The notes beneath the pieces were generated by a model that was not told where the DNA came from, ran no database searches, and was given only the letters and a program-made list of their open reading frames with translations. Positions 37,872-40,556 of a stretch of 40,556 nt of DNA are shown piece by piece. The position numbers and the translations under genes are program-made. Source of the stretch: Christensenellales bacterium. Its GTDB lineage: Bacteria; Bacillota; Clostridia; Christensenellales; JBMNTQ01. The DNA is taken from assembly GCA_050945815.1 (NCBI GenBank), contig JBMNTQ010000003.1, positions 1 through 40,556 of the forward strand. The letters run 5' to 3'. Each line of letters starts with the position of its first letter. Positions within the stretch are counted from its first letter, which is position 1.

Positions 37872-39545
37872 ATGACGAGAAATCTCAAAAAGAAAGATGC
37901 GAAGGTTTTGCCCTTTGATCAGAACGCCGGATTTTACTTTCGGCAGGCGGTTCGCCAGAGCGACCGGAACAACTATTATGACGCCCTTTCTTTATACAGG
38001 AAGGCTTATGAGAAGGATGCGGGAAACCAGAAATATGTGCAGGCGCTGGCCTATACCTTAACGGAGATGGCTTGCTATGAGGAATCTAACCAGGTGATCT
38101 TCTCCGCTTTTGCTAAGGGGCAGAAATCGCCGCAGAGTTATTTTATTTTAGGCTGCAATTTTATGGGCTTGCATGATTTTGAGAAAGCAGAGGACAGTTT
38201 TGAAAAATACGCATCATTAGATCCGAATGGGGAATTTGCCGAAGAGGCGGAGGATTTGATGCTGATGCTCTCGGCGCGGGAGACATTCTTCTTTCCCAAT
38301 GGGCTGCTGGATGTTTCTCCGGGGCTGGAGGATGCTGAGCGGGGGAAGTTTTTACTGGATTGCGGCGAATATAAGAAGGCAGCGAAGCACTTGAAAAGCG
38401 CAGTGGAGAAAAACCCCCGGCTTTTGTTCGCGCGCAACAACCTTTCCCTAGCGTATTTTTGTGATGATAAGCTGGATCTGGCGATTGAGACCACTCGGGA
38501 GGTTTTGCAGGAGGATCCGGATAATATCCACGCGAGCTGCAACTTGGCTATATTTTACAATGAGAATCATGACATGCAGGCGCTGGAGCAGACGATTGAC
38601 TATATCTTAGGCTTGCAGGCTGAAGAAGCCGATGATTTGCAGAAGATTGCCGTGACGTTATGTGAGCTGGGTTTTCACGAGCAGGCCTGCGGGAAGCTGG
38701 AGGAGCTTTTGGAATACCGGCCCTACGACAAGAAGACCTTGCACTATATGGCTGTGGCGCTTTTCAATACCGACCGATTTGACGAGGCTATGGAATATTG
38801 GCGGCGCATTGCGAAGCTGGACCCTGAGAATACCATTGCGCCGTATTATAGCAATTTGGCTCAGAAGCAAAAGCAGGCTGATGGGAAACGGGTTTTGAAT
38901 TATTATTTCCAAGTCGGCTATGATGAGGTTGCCCGGCGGATGCGGATTTTGGAGAAGCTGTTTGAGGCAGGCTGTGGGAAGGAACTGGAGGAAGAGGATT
39001 TCAGGCTGCTGCTGTGGGGTTTGGACCTGGGGGATATGAACGTTAAGCGGCAAGTTTTAGGCTATTTGGCTTCGACGGGTACGCCGCGGGCAGAGGCGGT
39101 GTTGCGGCAGTTTATTCTGCGGCGCAGTGAGCCGGACGAAATCAAGAAAGAGGTATTCGCGCTGTTGGGCAGCATGGGCGCGGCAGAGCCGTATGTGGCC
39201 TATGTGGACGATAAGATATCGGAAGTACGGGTGACCGTGATTCATGAAGCCGGCAAGGACGGGAACTTTAGCGTGGTGGTGGCTACTGCCCTGTGTATGA
39301 TGGTGGGCTATGGCACGAAGGTGATGCAGCACGCGATTCGGGCGTGGGAACGTTTTTCCCGTAAAAACGAAGGGCTGAAACTGCGCAATACCGACGCATG
39401 GGCTGGGGCGCTGGAATACTATACTTTGCGGAGCTTTGGCGAGAAAGTGACCAAGGCATCCGTGTGTAAGAAATACAAGGTATCGTTGCAGGTGTTCAAT
39501 AGGCGGCTGGAATATTTGAACCGAGACGCGGGGGAGGAAGAATAG
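37872..39545 (+). CDS. Tetratricopeptide-repeat protein
   Basis: Multiple TPR units (A..LY.KA...D, F..Y..LDP.G, A.NNL.LAY, L..DP.NIHA.CNL). Confidence 0.85.
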   Translation: MTRNLKKKDAKVLPFDQNAGFYFRQAVRQSDRNNYYDALSLYRKAYEKDAGNQKYVQALAYTLTEMACYEESNQVIFSAFAKGQKSPQSYFILGCNFMGLHDFEKAEDSFEKYASLDPNGEFAEEAEDLMLMLSARETFFFPNGLLDVSPGLEDAERGKFLLDCGEYKKAAKHLKSAVEKNPRLLFARNNLSLAYFCDDKLDLAIETTREVLQEDPDNIHASCNLAIFYNENHDMQALEQTIDYILGLQAEEADDLQKIAVTLCELGFHEQACGKLEELLEYRPYDKKTLHYMAVALFNTDRFDEAMEYWRRIAKLDPENTIAPYYSNLAQKQKQADGKRVLNYYFQVGYDEVARRMRILEKLFEAGCGKELEEEDFRLLLWGLDLGDMNVKRQVLGYLASTGTPRAEAVLRQFILRRSEPDEIKKEVFALLGSMGAAEPYVAYVDDKISEVRVTVIHEAGKDGNFSVVVATALCMMVGYGTKVMQHAIRAWERFSRKNEGLKLRNTDAWAGALEYYTLRSFGEKVTKASVCKKYKVSLQVFNRRLEYLNRDAGEEE

Positions 39546-39620
39546 GGCGGCCTGGTGGGATAGATGGCGAATGGGGAGTATGAGTATGATGATACGTCTA
39601 AGCTGTAGGGGGGTGTGCCT

Positions 39621-40556
39621 ATGTTGATGCTGGCAACCTCGTCGTTTGGGCTGGAGGCGCTGGTCGCTTCTGAATTGAGAGAATTGGGGCTGGAGGTATC
39701 CCGGGTGGAGGACGCCCGGGTTTTTTTTGAGGGTGATTGGCAGAACCTAGCTAGGGCTAATTTATGGCTGCGTTGTGCTGATCGGGTTTACCTTGTGATA
39801 GGCAGCTTTGAGGCCAAGAGCTTTGAACAGCTGTTTGAGGGGGTTAAAGCTTTACCTTGGGAGGATTACTTGACCCGAGATGCAAGCTTTCCTGTTAAGG
39901 GGAAATCTGCAAAATCTACGTTGAAAAGTGTTTCCGATTGTCAGGCTATCTGTAAGAAGGCGATCGTGGAGCGCTTGAAGAATATATACCATTGTGAATG
40001 GTTTGATGAGACCGGGCCGCGGATGATGGTAGAGGTGGCCCTGCTAAAGGATGAGGCGCTGTTGTGCTTGGACGCCAGCGGCAGCGGCCTGCATCGCCGG
40101 GGCTATCGGACGCTGTCTGGCCCGGCGCCATTGCGGGAGACGTTAGCTGCCGCCCTTTTGCACTTGGCCCGCTATGCGCCCCAACGAATGCTGTGGGACC
40201 CATTTTGCGGCAGCGGCACCATCGCCGTTGAGGCGGCTATGATGGCGCGGCGTATTGCGCCGGGGCTTTCCCGGGACTTTGATATGCAGCGATGGCCCAT
40301 CGTGCCGGCGGGGACGTTTGAGCAGGGGAGGCAGCAGGCTCGAGAGAGCATCGACCGGGAGGCCAAGCTTTTCATTTGGGCTTCGGACGTGGATGAGAGC
40401 ATGGTGTCTATGGCCCGTTACCATGCGGGGAAGGCCGGAGTGGAGCGGGACATCCATATTCAACGGCTGGACATACGGCAGGTTTCTTCGGCTCGGAAAA
40501 ACGGTATTTTATTGTGCAATCCGCCCTATGGCGAGCGGATGCTGGAGAAAGACCAT
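39621..40556 (+). CDS. THUMP-domain RNA (guanine-N2)-methyltransferase, YpsC/RlmL-like (3' end runs off the window; absent from the ORF track)
   Basis: Manual translation: MLMLATSSFGLEALVASELRELG...ANLWLRCADRV...LDASGSGLHRRGYR...APLRETLAAA...DPFCGSGTI...NPPYGER. Confidence 0.93.
   Translation, partial: MLMLATSSFGLEALVASELRELGLEVSRVEDARVFFEGDWQNLARANLWLRCADRVYLVIGSFEAKSFEQLFEGVKALPWEDYLTRDASFPVKGKSAKSTLKSVSDCQAICKKAIVERLKNIYHCEWFDETGPRMMVEVALLKDEALLCLDASGSGLHRRGYRTLSGPAPLRETLAAALLHLARYAPQRMLWDPFCGSGTIAVEAAMMARRIAPGLSRDFDMQRWPIVPAGTFEQGRQQARESIDREAKLFIWASDVDESMVSMARYHAGKAGVERDIHIQRLDIRQVSSARKNGILLCNPPYGERMLEKDH

Noticed and set aside
39564-39608. Short ORF MANGEYEYDDTSKL upstream of the RNA methyltransferase
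   Set aside because: Weak RBS and only 14 codons; the segment is more plausibly promoter sequence (TATGAT).

Overview
This is chromosomal DNA from an endospore-forming Clostridia-class Firmicute (spoVT, spoIVFA/FB, prp-processed L27, lysine riboswitch). The + strand is G/T-rich and carries most genes, so it is probably the leading strand. It is mostly core genome: ychF; spoVT-yabM-yabN-hup-yabO-ispDF; a membrane beta-propeller gene with radA; spoIVFA-spoIVFB-TIGR03960/TIGR03936-rng-(L21 leader)-rplU-prp-rpmA; ogg; guaB; a half-length LarC-like gene; purE-F-M-N-H-D; a lipoprotein; lysine riboswitch-asd-dapA-dapB; and M20 amidohydrolase-methyltransferase-hslO-TPR-THUMP RNA methyltransferase. 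I saw no mobile element, CRISPR array, tRNA or rRNA. The best leads for something undescribed are: (1) a minus-strand operon at the left edge (glycyl-radical activase, rhamnulokinase-like kinase, LacI; it may continue off the window) with a clear promoter and operator, suggesting a radical sugar-catabolism pathway; (2) a PurF with coordinated changes in glutamine-binding and signalling residues; (3) an N-domain-only, His-less LarC orphan between guaB and purE; (4) a lysine riboswitch with a compensatory change in the conserved junction at the base of P5; (5) a terminator-like hairpin between spoIVFA and spoIVFB. All calls come from manual motif recognition; no searches were run.
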